Source: Eledone cirrhosa (Eukaryota). From it: a stretch of 64,000 nt of DNA. Positions 12,823-25,345 of this stretch are shown here, one piece after another. How positions within the stretch are numbered: position 1 is the first letter of the stretch; every line of letters starts with the position of its first letter. Below the pieces are notes generated by a model that saw only the letters and a list, made by a program, of their open reading frames with translations, was not told the origin of the DNA and made no database searches. Location: contig OZ024761.1 in the NCBI GenBank assembly GCA_964016885.1, positions 25,420,001 to 25,484,000 of the forward strand. The letters are read 5' to 3'. The translations under genes and the position numbers were made by a program.

Positions 12823-13130
12823 ATATATTTAGAAACACACAGATACATGCGGACACACACATATATACATGAATGCATCCGCACCCAACTGTGAGTTAAG
12901 GGTGCCAACTTCACCGATGTTGCTCAATGAATGACCGGGACAGACCAATTCAGTTGAACTAGACTGAACCAGTATTTTTAACTCTGATACTGGTTCAGTC
13001 TAGTTCAACTGAATTGGTCTGTCCCGGTCATTCATTGAGCAACATCGGTGAAGTTGGCACCCTTAACTCACAGTTGGGTGCGGATGCATTCATGTATATA
13101 TGTGTGTGTCCGCATGTATCTGTGTGTTTC

Positions 13131-13139
<9 letters not shown>
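12823..13139. repeat. Perfect inverted repeat, 153-bp arms, 11-nt loop
   Basis: 12823-12975 is the exact reverse complement of 12987-13139 as read by eye. Confidence 0.95.
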
Positions 13140-13168
<29 letters not shown>

Positions 13169-13720
13169 CATATATATTATATATATATACATATAAATAA
13201 TGTATGTGTATGTTATACATTATATATATGTATAAGAAAACATTATATATATATATATATATACTTACACACATACATATTTTAGTATTTTTTTTTCCTT
13301 ATTTGAATTTTATTCGCAAAGTAATTGGCCACCCCCGTATAAAATATTTATGTCCAAGACTTTTTATGGAGGCAAAATAGAACGGCAAAATCAGAGAAGG
13401 AAATAGCAAGCCAAGATGGCGGATTTTACTCCTCGCCTAACCCCGAACCAACCTTACATCCATGATCTATGTAGCACGCTGACAGTTTTAAGAGGCCTCC
13501 CCTCCCTTAGTGGATGGCTCCTATATAGTTATCAATAGTAAATACAATTCCACCTCTTTTCTTTATCATAAACTTAAGATAATATCATCAATTGTCACTT
13601 TAATAGTCACCGCAGATAAATGTGTGTGTCTGTATGTTTGTATGTGTTTGTGTATGTGTTTGCGGGCCCAACATAGCTTATATGCATCTACACATACACA
13701 CACATCTATGTATGTGATTG

Positions 13721-13778
<58 letters not shown>

Positions 13779-13911
13779 TACAGACACACACACATACATA
13801 TGTGTGTGTGTAAGGACAATTATTTTATATATATATTCATTTATATCGATAATACTTAAATCAAAGTTTTTCTTGTTACACACATATATTATATATATAT
13901 ATATACATATA

Positions 13912-13966
<55 letters not shown>

Positions 13967-14074
13967 GAGAGAGAGAGCGAGAGATGTGGGGGGATCTAAT
14001 ATAACATTTTCTATGGCGCACTTTTTACTTTATCTTCATTATACTAAGTGGATATTGTTTGATCTCCAGTATTA

Positions 14075-14323
14075 TTCTTATTGTTAGTAGTATTAGTAGT
14101 AGTAGCAGTAGTAGTTGCGGTATTAGTAGTAGCGGTAGTAGTAGTAGTAGCAGTAGTAGTAGTAGTAGTAGCAGTAGTAGTAGCAGCAGTAGCAGTTGTA
14201 GTAGTTATAGAAGTAGTAATATTAGTAGTAGTTATAGAAGTAGTAATATTAGTAGTATTAGTAGTAGTATTAGTAGAAGTAGCAGTTGTAGTATTAGTAG
14301 CAGTAGCAGTTGTAGTAGTAGTG

Positions 14324-14360
<37 letters not shown>

Positions 14361-14374
14361 ACGTATTAGTAGTA

Positions 14375-14411
<37 letters not shown>

Positions 14412-14470
14412 CAATAGTGGTCGTGGTAGTAGTAGTAGTAGTGGTGGTAGTGACATTTGTTGTTGTTGTT
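14075..14470. repeat. (TAG)n degenerate microsatellite
   Basis: AGT/AGC triplet run; it accounts for the poly-T, poly-S, poly-V and poly-L ORFs. Confidence 0.95.
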
Positions 14471-14769
14471 AATGACGTTTTGCGTCTGGTCAGCATAGAA
14501 TAATTTAAACAATATCCAGCTATGACCATCCCACACTTATTTATGTACAGAGAAACAGTCTTTAACCATTTCATCGGATGGATCTGAGAGTTTGTAGACA
14601 GAAGATGTGCAGAAGTCTGTTGGATGAAATATATTCATCATTGCCAAGTACGCCCCTGTCATACATTCTATTAGGTTGATTTCACTCAATATATACAAGA
14701 GTACACGATATATTAATCTATGTCCATGATATACTCCAGCACATCACATGTTAATACAATGCCTATATA

Positions 14770-14931
14770 TATATAACAAAGACGCTACTTTTTCCCTAAA
14801 ATAAGTCTCAAAAATCAACCATGAGACCTGGAAGCCGAAGGTAGTTTATTTTTTATTTTTTCAATTTCTGGTTGTCAAAATTAGGGTGCGTCCTTGAGGC
14901 CGAAGCCTCTTCAGCGCCGGGAAATACGGTA
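14770..14931. mobile_element. Possible pogo/Tc1-type DNA transposon terminus
   Basis: Ends GCGCCGGGAAATACGG|TA. No partner TIR was found. Confidence 0.35.
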
Positions 14932-15087
14932 ATGTTTATTTGTTTCAATGAATTTTTTCGTACGAATGTTTGATAACATCGACGATGACACATTTCTTCT
15001 AACAAAGATTATGGCAGCCAAGAAGACTAACGAATCAGGTGTTTAACAACTCTAGAACATTTAGATGTGCGTCTACATATGTGAACA

Positions 15088-15177
15088 CATATCTGAGTAG
15101 CTTCCTTTGCCAGAGTCAGGAATGAACACTAATCGATCGATCCACATTCTGATCGATAGTGAAACATATGTATTATG
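15088..15177 (+). ncRNA. Degenerate hammerhead with extended stem II (family E)
   Basis: catat-CTGAGTA-gct...agt-GAAA-catatg-TA-ttatg. Related copies lie at ~20740-20826, 45900-45974 and ~37400-37425 (partial). Confidence 0.5.
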
Positions 15178-15321
15178 TAATTAAAAATGTATGTGATGTA
15201 ACACTGATTCTCTGTTCCCATTTGTTATTATTATTGACGCTCTGCTGCCCAAGAGCATTGAATGCTGATCTTGGCATACCACCTGTGAACGAAATTCAAT
15301 TGCACCTCACTACTTATATAT

Positions 15322-15480
15322 ATAGGAACGAGTAGGACCTCGACGGGTGAGCTCAAGCCGTTTCGGGTGAGCTCAGCCGTCGGGGTCCTACTCGTTCCTA
15401 TTACCCACTCTACTACCCTAAGTATTGAGTACTTTGGTGCGTTATGGTCCACTTGGTTCCGTACCACATTTCCTTCGTTA

Positions 15481-15482
<2 letters not shown>
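15322..15482 (+). mobile_element. PLE terminal remnant (family C): 34-bp fold-back plus ~80-nt tail
   Basis: Arms 15322-15355 and 15368-15401 contain the hammerhead 3' half GAAA-CGGCT-GAGCTC-AGCCG-TC. A tail-less end recurs at 12131-12174 and the tail at ~37459-37532. Confidence 0.65.
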
Positions 15483-15520
<38 letters not shown>

Positions 15521-15521
<1 letters not shown>

Positions 15522-15722
15522 GTAAAAGGCAAACAGAAATAACAACACAATCGGTACAGTATATTAGGTTAACACTTGAAATAGCAGGAAGAACGTCTTA
15601 ATGTTTCGCACGCTAGTCTTTCATCAGATAAAGGAATGAGAAATAAGATAGATTGAAGGGACGGATGGGGTGGAATTGGAAAAATCTCTTTACATAAAAA
15701 TAACAGGTCCATTCATGTTGAC
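15521..15722 (-). mobile_element. PLE pLTR remnant (family D) with CTGATGA...GAAA motif
   Basis: Minus strand has CTGATGA-aagactagcgtgc-GAAA-cattaaga. Homologous to 37644-37860 (-) and ~57560-57770 (+). Confidence 0.5.
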
Positions 15723-16329
15723 ATATATATATATATATAAGAGAGAGTGAAAGAGAGAAAGAGATAGAGAGAAAGAGAAAGAGAGAGAAAGAGAGGAAGA
15801 GGGAGAGATTACGAGAAATTTGTGTAAATAGAGCGTTGGAGAGGTTACAGTACACTAATCTACACGCCATACATTTAGACGTTTTGTCAAGAATGGATTA
15901 ACACGATTGTACAGATCTGTAGCTATGTACAGTATGTCTTCTCAACTAAAAGGAAAATATGATCTGTATCTATGGCAGCTGAAAATACATATAAATATTA
16001 TACCACATCTATCTAGGTTGATATCTGCGTTCTTTTCTTTTCATTCGATTTACTTCACCTGATGATTTAATATTCAATTATTCCTCGAAATAAGTCACTG
16101 ATAGCAATGCAGAGTGTATATGGCCATGCGTTAATATTATTATCTCAGATTAAGTTATTGTTAATATTTACTCTTGTTTAGAGAACACAGTTTTATGTAA
16201 CCCGCTGTTGTATTAATATCTACTCATTTACAAAATTACAAAATAAATAAAAATAATAACGTTAATTCGAAAATATAATCTAATTATATATCAATGAAGG
16301 AAAATAATTCTTCTTTTGAATAGAGTCTA

Positions 16330-17390
16330 TTGTCTTATATAAAACGTAGACCAAAAGTATTTGACCTTTCGAGAGATCGATACATGTGAACGTATCCCAC
16401 ATTCACGGATATAAAATACATTTGATCTGCCGAGAAGTAATACTAAGTTGATCAACCATTTCTTCACATATACAAAATATATTTGAACTATCGAGCGACA
16501 GATCTTCAAGTAATGCTAATCTGATCAACACGTTTTTCACGTATACAAAAGATCTTTGATCTGTCGAAAGATACATCAAAATATATTTGATCTGTCGCGG
16601 GATCGATCTATGAAAATGTTAAGTGATGATAAGGGGATCAAACCAATCTTGAATCCTACATTCACGCATACCAAAGATGCTTGATCTGTAGTGAGACCAT
16701 AATACGTGAAGTAATACTAAGTTGATCAACCCTTTCTTTACTTATGCAAAATATGTTTGAGCTGTTGAGAGACCGATTTTTCTGAACGTGAATTAATATT
16801 ATGGGGATCAAACAATCTTCAGTCCTACATTCATATATGACAAATATATTTGAACACTTCAGAAACCAATCTACGGGAATGTTACGTAATGTTAAAGGGA
16901 GCAACCCAATTTTCAATCCTACATTCACATACCAAAGATGTTTGATCTGTGGAGATATCAAAATACATGAAGTAATGCTAAGTTGATCAGCCCTTGCTTC
17001 ACATATACAAAATATGTTTGACCTGTCGAGAGAGCGGTATACGTGAACTTGAAGTAATGTTACATTCACGTATATCAAACACATTTGATCTGTCGAAACA
17101 TCCATCTATGTGAAGTAATACTGATTTGATCAACCATTTCAACACGTATACCAAATATGTTTGAACTTTCAAGAGAGAGATTTACTTAAACATGATGTAA
17201 TGTTAAGAGGATCAACGCAATCGTTAATCCTACATTCACATATACCAAAGGTAATTGAGCTGTAGAGAGACTGAACTACATAAGGACATGCTAAGTTGAT
17301 CAACCATTTCTTCACATATACCAAAGATGTTTGATCTGTGGAGAGAGCAAACTACGTGAAGTAATACTAAATTGATCAACAATTCTTCAT
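16330..17390. repeat. Degenerate satellite of ~76-bp and ~88-bp related monomers
   Basis: Recurring ccaaagatgtttgatctgt...acgtgaagtaatactaagttgatcaacc. The long form adds aatcctacattcac. Confidence 0.85.
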
Positions 17391-17694
17391 TCCCAAAGTA
17401 AGGTATACCAATGAAGAATGAATGAAATTTTAGTGGCAGAACGGCATAGGCTATCTAGTGCAGCTACAACTAGCAGAATGGCACCCGATCTTCGAAAACA
17501 GTCACAAAACACACGATGATAGAGTAATTAATAATACATTTCTCCTCAGAGTGAACACAATATAAATAGATAGATAGATAGATGATATATAGATGTCTTT
17601 ATTTGCCACGAGGGCGCACAAGAAAAAGGGACAATACAAAGACATATGGCGGGAGTTTTACATATATAGATATATGGATAGATAGATAGATATA

Positions 17695-17795
17695 CAGGGT
17701 GTCTCCCCAAATGTATACACACTTCAACATCATTGTAATAAATATTGCTTGTGCAAGTAATCAAAGTACGTATACTTTTTTGGAGGGACACCCTG
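17695..17795. mobile_element. 101-bp Tc1/mariner-type MITE
   Basis: TA|CAGGGTGTCTCCCCAAATGTATAC ... GTATACTTTTTTGGAGGGACACCCTG|TA. Confidence 0.8.
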
Positions 17796-18826
17796 TATAT
17801 ATATATATGTATGTATGTGTGTGGGGGGGGGGGGGGTATGTATATATGTGTGTGGGTGGGTGTTTTATCGTGCGTGTTTTTTTATCCAGTAACGCAAAGA
17901 TTCGACGAAGAAAAATTACTGATTGATAAAATAAATATACATAGAGACCGGATTTTAAAATTTCAAAAATAATTTAGTACTGGGGTCTTTATGAACGATT
18001 AAATCTAAATCACACGAATGCGGGGCTCCAGGAGGCCTGAAATCCTACGACCGATACACTTAAAATGATTAAAGAAAAAAATCATAAAAAAATGATAAAA
18101 AATGAAAAGATTATATATAAAAACATCAAAAACTAACACCAAAAACAGAAACAAAACAGAAATTATACGAACAAGATACGCAGCAGTATTTTACTAGAGA
18201 ATAGTATTTCTTAATTTACTATTTTAGCTTAACATTGATAAATTATTCATTAGACGGAGATTACTAGAACGGAAAAAATATCGAGTAAAGAAGCGTACAT
18301 TTATTGTTGTGAGTTTATAAGTTAGTTGCGTATTGTGTGATGTCAGTATGTAATTCTCTCTCTATATATATATTTCACAGTAGGTTAATGTATATTCATG
18401 ATGACTAAATTTCTAAATTACACATTAACGCCATTTTGATTGGAAACCGGAAATATACAGACGCCGGCATACACACATACACACACACAAATACACACAC
18501 ACACGCACGTACGCAAACACATACAGTCATAGTATAAACAGATATACTGTATATACAACATCACGCATACACACACACGTACACGCAAACACACACACAT
18601 CCACTTAAACAAAAACACACAAAGATAATCATAGTAATTTAAACAGATTATATAACACCACACAAATACACAGATACACACACACACATACGCAGAGAAA
18701 CATTCAGAGTCCTATCCATCATATACACACACATGTTTACGCATACATTAAGTCATTTAGACTCACATATACACATATATATTCAACTAAATCATGTAGG
18801 CATAAAGGTGTATACCATTACGCAAG

Positions 18827-18861
<35 letters not shown>

Positions 18862-19093
18862 AGAACCAGCCACATGTCTCTAGCCACAGCTGCTCTGTAT
18901 TCTAAACTACAAGAGCGCCCAAAACTCACACAGCGATATACATCATTTATCCTGCAAACACACATACACCACCACACACAGATACAGAGATACACTGGCC
19001 TAGAGTTGTAGAGCAAACAGTTGATCTCTTTCGCTACAATGTTGGGGTTATCCTTTTATAATTGTGTCGACTCTGACCATGAGGCAGCATCGA

Positions 19094-19137
19094 TCTCGTT
19101 ACATGTTTCACACGTAATTGGCCGTTCATCAGGAAAT
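19094..19137 (-). ncRNA. Degenerate minimal hammerhead
   Basis: atttc-CTGATGA-acg-gccaatta-cgt-gt-GAAA-catg-TA-ac-gagat. The core is intact and stem III is the palindrome ACATGT, but stems I and II are 2 nt out of register. Confidence 0.5.
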
Positions 19138-19147
19138 ATATAGTCAT

Positions 19148-19327
19148 AGCAGTATCGGTAGAGGGTCGGACGCCATGCTTTGACGCATAGAGTTACAGTC
19201 CTTGCCATTCTGAGTTCAAATGCCGCAGGGCTTAACTTTGCCTTTCATCCTTACGGGGTCGATAAAATAATGTACCAGTAATGCACTGGATAATTGCTGG
19301 CATTGTGCCAAAAGTAGAAACAATTAT
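19148..19327 (+). mobile_element. tRNA-derived SINE (main family)
   Basis: Matches the other copies from GCAGTATCGG through GTAGAAACAATT. Confidence 0.9.
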
Positions 19328-20097
19328 ATTTAATACAATACTATGTATGTATATTGTATTTATCTACTAATAAAATTAAATATTCCAAACGATATTCAAA
19401 AATGAATAAAAATAAAACAGCTACAAGGAAAGAAATCCTTGATTTCTCCAAAGTTCTCTATGGACCTCGTATTTGATAAGGGATTGATAACCCGGAATTA
19501 ATTTGGGACTAATAAATTACTAATATAACATGCAGTCATTTCCCCTTTCTTTTTTTTCCCTTATCCTCTTGCCTTCAAGCTCAACTCTCAATTCCATTCA
19601 GATTTCTTACCTTGGTAATCTAACCCACTTTCGTTGTATGGTTTTCTAAACATATATACCTACTTTTCATTAATATTTTGGTTCTATTTATAATTTCATT
19701 TACATTTCACCCTTGAACTGAAAACAAAACTGTAGATAATTTCATTAGGTATTTATTTGTAAATAATTCTGTGGAATTTATTTGTCTAGGTTTTTAATTT
19801 TTATTTAATTGAAATTGCTTTTAATGAAATTTAATTTAATTCAGTATTGCAAATTGTTTATCTATTTTCGGTTTGATTGTTATCTCAACAGAGACATTTA
19901 ACATGTCTGATCCGTCTAGATGAGGTGTAATTAGACTTTACATGATGAGGCCAAAGAAATGGACACACGCGTGCAACAGAGACACACACATGACAGATGA
20001 ACATTTAATGTCATTTAATTAGCTAGTAGAAATATAATACGGTAGTTTATCAAAATTGCGGGTCAGCTGCATTACGCACACATATCTACCCACTACC

Positions 20098-20160
<63 letters not shown>

Positions 20161-20881
20161 CTTCTTCACCCACTTACTCCTGAAGGGGTTGTGGGGCAGA
20201 GTCCTCAAACTCTACTTCCACACGCACATAAATATATATATATATATATATATAATTTAAAAGATATATAATAATAATGAAATTATTGTGTACAGTGCTC
20301 AGGTGCACTACAACTCATCAAATGTGCATGTATAGTACATAGAAGAATATACAAATGTCAGGAAAGTGAACAGTGTATGAGTCATGATATATACACAGAC
20401 ACATTTGTGCGTGAGTATGGAGGGGGGGGGGCATCAGGTGTAGTGGTGGAATTTGGTGGGTGAATACAGTTTGGCATTCTGTTTAGGTTATTTTCAATTA
20501 AGGAAGTCCAACTGCAGAAACTCATATCTGCCTTGTAAGTTCCCTTGTCTCCCGATAGCCTGCCATATTTTGGGTTTTATTTTTTACAAATTAAATATAT
20601 TTGATTGAATGCTTTTAAATTGTCCCTTTTAATCCTGCATTCACTTAATTCTGTAATTTTGTTTTTGTTACACATCTGTAGGAATCACTATACATTTCTC
20701 TTAGGCCGCCATGTCTTTCTAGCGATATACAGACGCTTAAATTTAGGAGCTTCTGATTCCAGAGACAGGAAACGATCGTTAATCGATCGTTCCTCGAGCT
20801 GATCACCAGTGAAACATATTTAATACTTAATTAAATATACATATAAAATATCATGCAACACTGATTCTTTGTTCCCTTATA

Positions 20882-20912
<31 letters not shown>

Positions 20913-20920
<8 letters not shown>

Positions 20921-21205
20921 ATACTTTGGGAGGGTCATGTTGCCAATAAGAAACACACGCACCAGTTGTTTCACTTCAATTTATTATATATTTATAAATT
21001 TCTGGTTGGTTGGTTGGTTCCACAACCAGATAGTTGTTTATATATAGTCATAGTTCTTTCGTCACACACTCTGTGACCTCTTCAGTGACTGGGGATTCCT
21101 CTCTTTGTTTCTTATTGGCAACATGACCCTCCCAAAGTATAACAATATCGGATTCAACACACGATTTCAGATAAAGAATCTTGCTAAACAAATTCAGAAA
21201 CGAAA
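20913..21205. mobile_element. PLE remnant (family B): inverted pLTR with hammerhead plus pLTR end with ~57-nt tail
   Basis: 20913-20955 is the reverse complement of 21106-21148, followed by a tail at 21149-21205, all in (TA)n. Other copies are at 36208-36342 and 43596-43968. Confidence 0.75.
21046..21090 (-). ncRNA. Minimal type I hammerhead ribozyme, intact core
   Basis: agtca-CTGAAGA-g-gtcaca-gagtg-tgtgac-GAAA-gaac-TA-tgact. Stem I has 5 bp, stem II 6 bp, stem III 2 bp, and the triplet is CUA. Confidence 0.8.
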
Positions 21206-21209
21206 TATA

Positions 21210-21257
<48 letters not shown>

Positions 21258-22010
21258 ACACACGAAGGCATGTTCAAACGATCGTAGGTTGATTATGAAG
21301 GATTGAATCTAGTCCTTCGAAATATTGCATGCATTAATTTCATATATATACATATATATACACATAGATTTGTCTGTGTGCTTGTGTGTGTTATTGTCAC
21401 AATCTATGAAGTCATGTTTGTCCTCAACATCATAAATGTTTCAATTTATAAATTCACATGTGATATTTAGACATTATATAATAAGTCGTTACTTATTATT
21501 CTTAAATAAATTTTGGCAACTCAAGTATTTTACTGTTTGGGTTGCCTTTAAATATAGCCTCATCTAAATTTTTAAACTGCCAAATTTAGCAGCCTGATAT
21601 TATTTTCAATATTCATCTAACTTTGCAAAGAAAATAGACTTTTTGAAATTGTTCCAGATTTATGCCTGCGGTTGAGTTTATTGTTATTATTATTAATTTT
21701 TTGTAGTTTAATATTTCGCATGGTTTGGACAGTTGACACCTTTCATTCGCAGCATTGTTGTCCCTTTCAAGCTGCCAAAATAATACAGAAACTTTCAGAC
21801 AAAATAATGCAAAACTAAAAATAACAAAAACATTCATATATGCCAATCTGAATAACAGTAGTTACAAAAAATATAGAACGTCTACGGTAAATAAATAACG
21901 TAATCTTTATGAAATAAAAATAAAATTAATAACATCATTTAAATACTACACGTCGTTTAGAACATGCCTTACTAAACTATGGGCCCCGTGAGAAGGAATG
22001 TGTCTATTTA

Positions 22011-22370
22011 TACGAGAGTCGGTTAAAGGGCTGAAAGGTTCTTAGATTGACCAAGATATTCTCATGGAATAACAAAATGAGGTTTATTTTTCAACATTGT
22101 CTCTGAAAAGGAACAATCCAATTGTGAATAAGAGTAGTTGAAATTAATGCCTGCAAGATTTCACAGCTCTAGCATTTCGTCTTCATAATCGGTCTATGAA
22201 TATTTCCGTCGAACCTTGTGTTTCTAGAAAATTCATACGCCAAACAAGATACTCTCAAGGAATAACAAAATTAAGTTTATTTGTCAACATAGTCCCCAGA
22301 AAGGAACCATACAGTTAATAAGAAGAGTTGAAATTAATTCATGCAACATTTCACATCCCAAGCATCACTG
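22011..22370 (+). mobile_element. Mariner-derived MITE (~210 bp) plus adjacent partial second copy
   Basis: Starts TACGAG...CTGAAAGGTTCTTAGATTGACCAAGATATTCTCATGGAAT, with a degenerate inverted end at ~22190-22220. Relatives lie at ~21260-21340, 45658-45812 and 46325-46470. Confidence 0.55.
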
Positions 22371-22772
22371 CTTCTTAGTTATGCTGGCGTTGGTTCACGA
22401 GTGACTGTTGAATATTTTTATAAAATATTTTATCTTTATGAATATAATTTGCTTCTATGTCCAATTTTTTTTCTGCAAAAATTTAAATTTTGTGATTGTA
22501 CATTTTTAAAACTAATCTACAAATTTAAAATGTTATGATAACCGATAATGATAACATATATACATGATAGAACAATGGACACACATCCATACACACACAC
22601 ATTCTTATACCGAACATTTTCATTCAAACTCACATCTACACATTCATACCCACATATATAATCTTACACACAGAGTTTCATATACATTCACAAATATTTG
22701 CGCACACGTTTAAACACACAGTCATTCGCGCTCATATACTCATACCCATATTCTTACATGTATGCATGTGTA

Positions 22773-23669
22773 TACGAGGTGTGTCAGAAAAGTTCCAGGA
22801 CTGATGTCACAAAAGATTTATTTCAAACCAAAACTTCACACTAAGAGTGTTCTCCTTCAAAGTAATCACCCTGGAGTCTAATGCACTTTTTCATCCTTTT
22901 CTGCCACGCTTGCATGCACTCCTGGAAGGATTGTTCCGGAATCATCCGCAGTTCCGTCGTCACGGCCTTTTTGATGTTGTCCACGTCTTCAAAACGGGTC
23001 CCATCCGGGTCGTACTCGAAAATCCATGACTCATCACCGGTGATTACTGTCCTTAGTAATTCTGGTTCGGTTTCAAGACGCTCGAGGATGCCCTGGCACA
23101 CTTGCATGCGTCGACCCTTCTGGTCATCGTTCAGCAGTTTTGGCACCATCTTCGCACAGACTTTCTGCATGTCCAAATCTTCAGTGAGAATCTCCCAGAC
23201 GCTGTCTCGATTCATGCCCAGCTCATTTGCCATCAGTCGAACAGTCAGCCGACGATCGCTATGCACCATCTGCCTGACGCGCTCAACGTTGACCTCAGTC
23301 CTGGTTGTTGAGGGCCTTCCGCTCCTGGGGTCATCTTCCACGTCCTCGCACCACTCAAAAACACATGAGCCTGACATCGTCTCATCTCCATACACTTGCT
23401 GCAGCAATACCAGTGCTTTTGACAGAATTTTCCACATCCGTACCAGAAACTTCAAATTTGTTCGTTGCTCTGTGCTCATTGCATGACGACCTGAAACAGA
23501 GGACATGTTTATAAAACTATGAAGAAAAAAGTTTGATCGCTGCAGAGAGCTAAGATTACAGTTACATACTTCGGGGGATTACTTTGAAGGAGAACAGTCT
23601 TAGTGTGAAGTTTGGGTTTGAAATAAATCTTTTGTGACATCAAGCCTGAAACTTTTGACACACCTCGTA
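22773..23669 (-). mobile_element. Internally deleted mariner element, ~98-bp TIRs, TA target duplication
   Basis: TA|TACGAGGTGTGTCA...TGACACACCTCGTA|TA. 22773-22871 matches the reverse complement of 23573-23669 with few differences. Confidence 0.93.
22841..23479 (-). pseudogene. Mariner transposase with in-frame deletion of most of the catalytic domain
   Basis: Has the HTH region, DDPRSGRP, KMVPKLL (WVPHEL equivalent) and ITGDESW (first D), then jumps from YDP to GTRFEDV...GDYFEG. The HDNA and YSPDLAP.D motifs are absent. Confidence 0.9.
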
Positions 23670-24140
23670 TATATAAATAAAGCAACTCGTAAAGGACTCA
23701 CGTTTATCCCTGTAATCTATTGAGCTCAAGGGAAAAATTCCAGGGCACCTCAAAATACAATATAGAGAGAAAAAAACACGGGAGAGTGTGTTTTCATTCA
23801 CAGGGTGTATAATACCACTATAGCGAAAAACATATAAACTACATATAAACTTACTCTCTGACACAGATACTTTCTAATTCGCATACACATATACCGACAT
23901 ATGACAATGCAAGTTCACACACACATTGCCATACACACACATAAGCACACCCGCAGATAGATATATACACATATAATACACAAACATATATATATACAAA
24001 ATCTCATACAGCCAAACAAACAAAAACACAATACATTCAGAAACGCATACACTTACATTAATTCAATCACCTAGATACTAAAAATACACACAGGCTCACA
24101 CACACATATACATACATATTTACATACACATTTACAGACA

Positions 24141-24193
<53 letters not shown>

Positions 24194-24645
24194 TTACTGA
24201 CACCTATTCACCCAACAATCTCTTTTGCCAATACACCCTAACACAACACAGAGACATATTTTGCGCTTTAACACAGCCAGTGTATATACCGTTATTTTCA
24301 AGATGGCGAGTTGCCAAGATGTCTTCAAACATGGTGTCAATAGTTGAGAAAATACGATGGGATTATGGCTTCACTCCCTAATAGCATGTGTAAATTCCGG
24401 TATGCCATATAATACACGGTAGATTGCAGTCATACGAAGGATTTCTATATTTCTATGTAATTTTATACAAAAGAAAAACAAAAAATAACCCCAGACAAAT
24501 GGCAGCGTTATTTGATTTTTTCTTGCAAATAAATTCTTTCGTTCCAGAGACGCCATTTTTGTTGGTGGGTATTCGTTTTAGCTCCATTCTGTTTATAGTT
24601 GTTCTCGTTATTATTTTAGTTTGTATGGATGTTAGGTGTGAAAAG

Positions 24646-24702
<57 letters not shown>

Positions 24703-25092
24703 ACTGTTTATGTGTGTGTATGTATATATATATATATATATATACACAAATTGTGCTGTGTATTTTGCTGTGTGTCGGTGTATGTTCGGTGTGAAATTAT
24801 CTATATACACGTTACATACATACAAACATATATTCATTAATAGAGCAATTTGGATATCAAATAAAGAAGAATCTGGATATGAAGAACACAAATTCAAAAC
24901 AAAAAAAAGAAAGAAACCTGATAGAACACTGAAATATACATGATAAATTATACGTAATAATATTGAGCCTATATATTATTGTATTAGTAATGTTAGCTAT
25001 ATGTCACAAAAATATATAATTATTTATGTAATTTGTATATATATATTTATGAACATCACACTTATATGATGTCATATATCACTAGTGTTATG

Positions 25093-25157
<65 letters not shown>

Positions 25158-25291
25158 GAAGTTTAAGTAAACAGGTTAAAGTTAAATTCGGATCAACACC
25201 AACATTCAGCAAGGGGCATATCAAAAATAGAAATAACAGTAGTAAGCTTTATTCCATCGTTAAGGTTTGCTTTTCTTCTGTTCAACTGCTA

Positions 25292-25345
25292 GCTGTCTGA
25301 TGAGCTCATAGCTGTTGCCTAACGGTTATCACCGAAATGCATATA
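25292..25345 (+). ncRNA. Hammerhead core with truncated stem I in a PLE-like remnant (~25150-25345)
   Basis: CTGATGA-gctc-atagctgttg-cc-taacggttat-cacc-GAAA-tgca-TA. Stem III is the palindrome ATGCAT; the 3' strand of stem I is missing. Confidence 0.55.

Noticed and set aside
14044-14574. Thr-rich mucin-like ORF
   Set aside because: It is a (TAG)n microsatellite open in several frames, with no supporting exon structure.
16054-16105. CTGATGA...CGAAA motif (also isolated CTGATGA at ~9116, 29993 and 36029)
   Set aside because: No stem I, II or III pairing, so they are not counted as hammerheads.
16327-17105. LRR-like reading (LINLVLL..SN.F) of the satellite
   Set aside because: Unit lengths of ~76 and ~88 bp are not multiples of 3, and the frames shift and stop.
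19609-19643. Possible minus-strand micro-exon (tttag|AAAACC...CCAAG|gtaaga)
   Set aside because: Splice-like sites alone are expected by chance, and there are no partner exons or recognisable homology.
21613-21846. ORF with a signal-peptide-like start (also protein-looking ORFs 32251-32505 and 57939-58205)
   Set aside because: Non-ATG starts, short length and no recognisable domain. They cannot be excluded as exons without RNA data.
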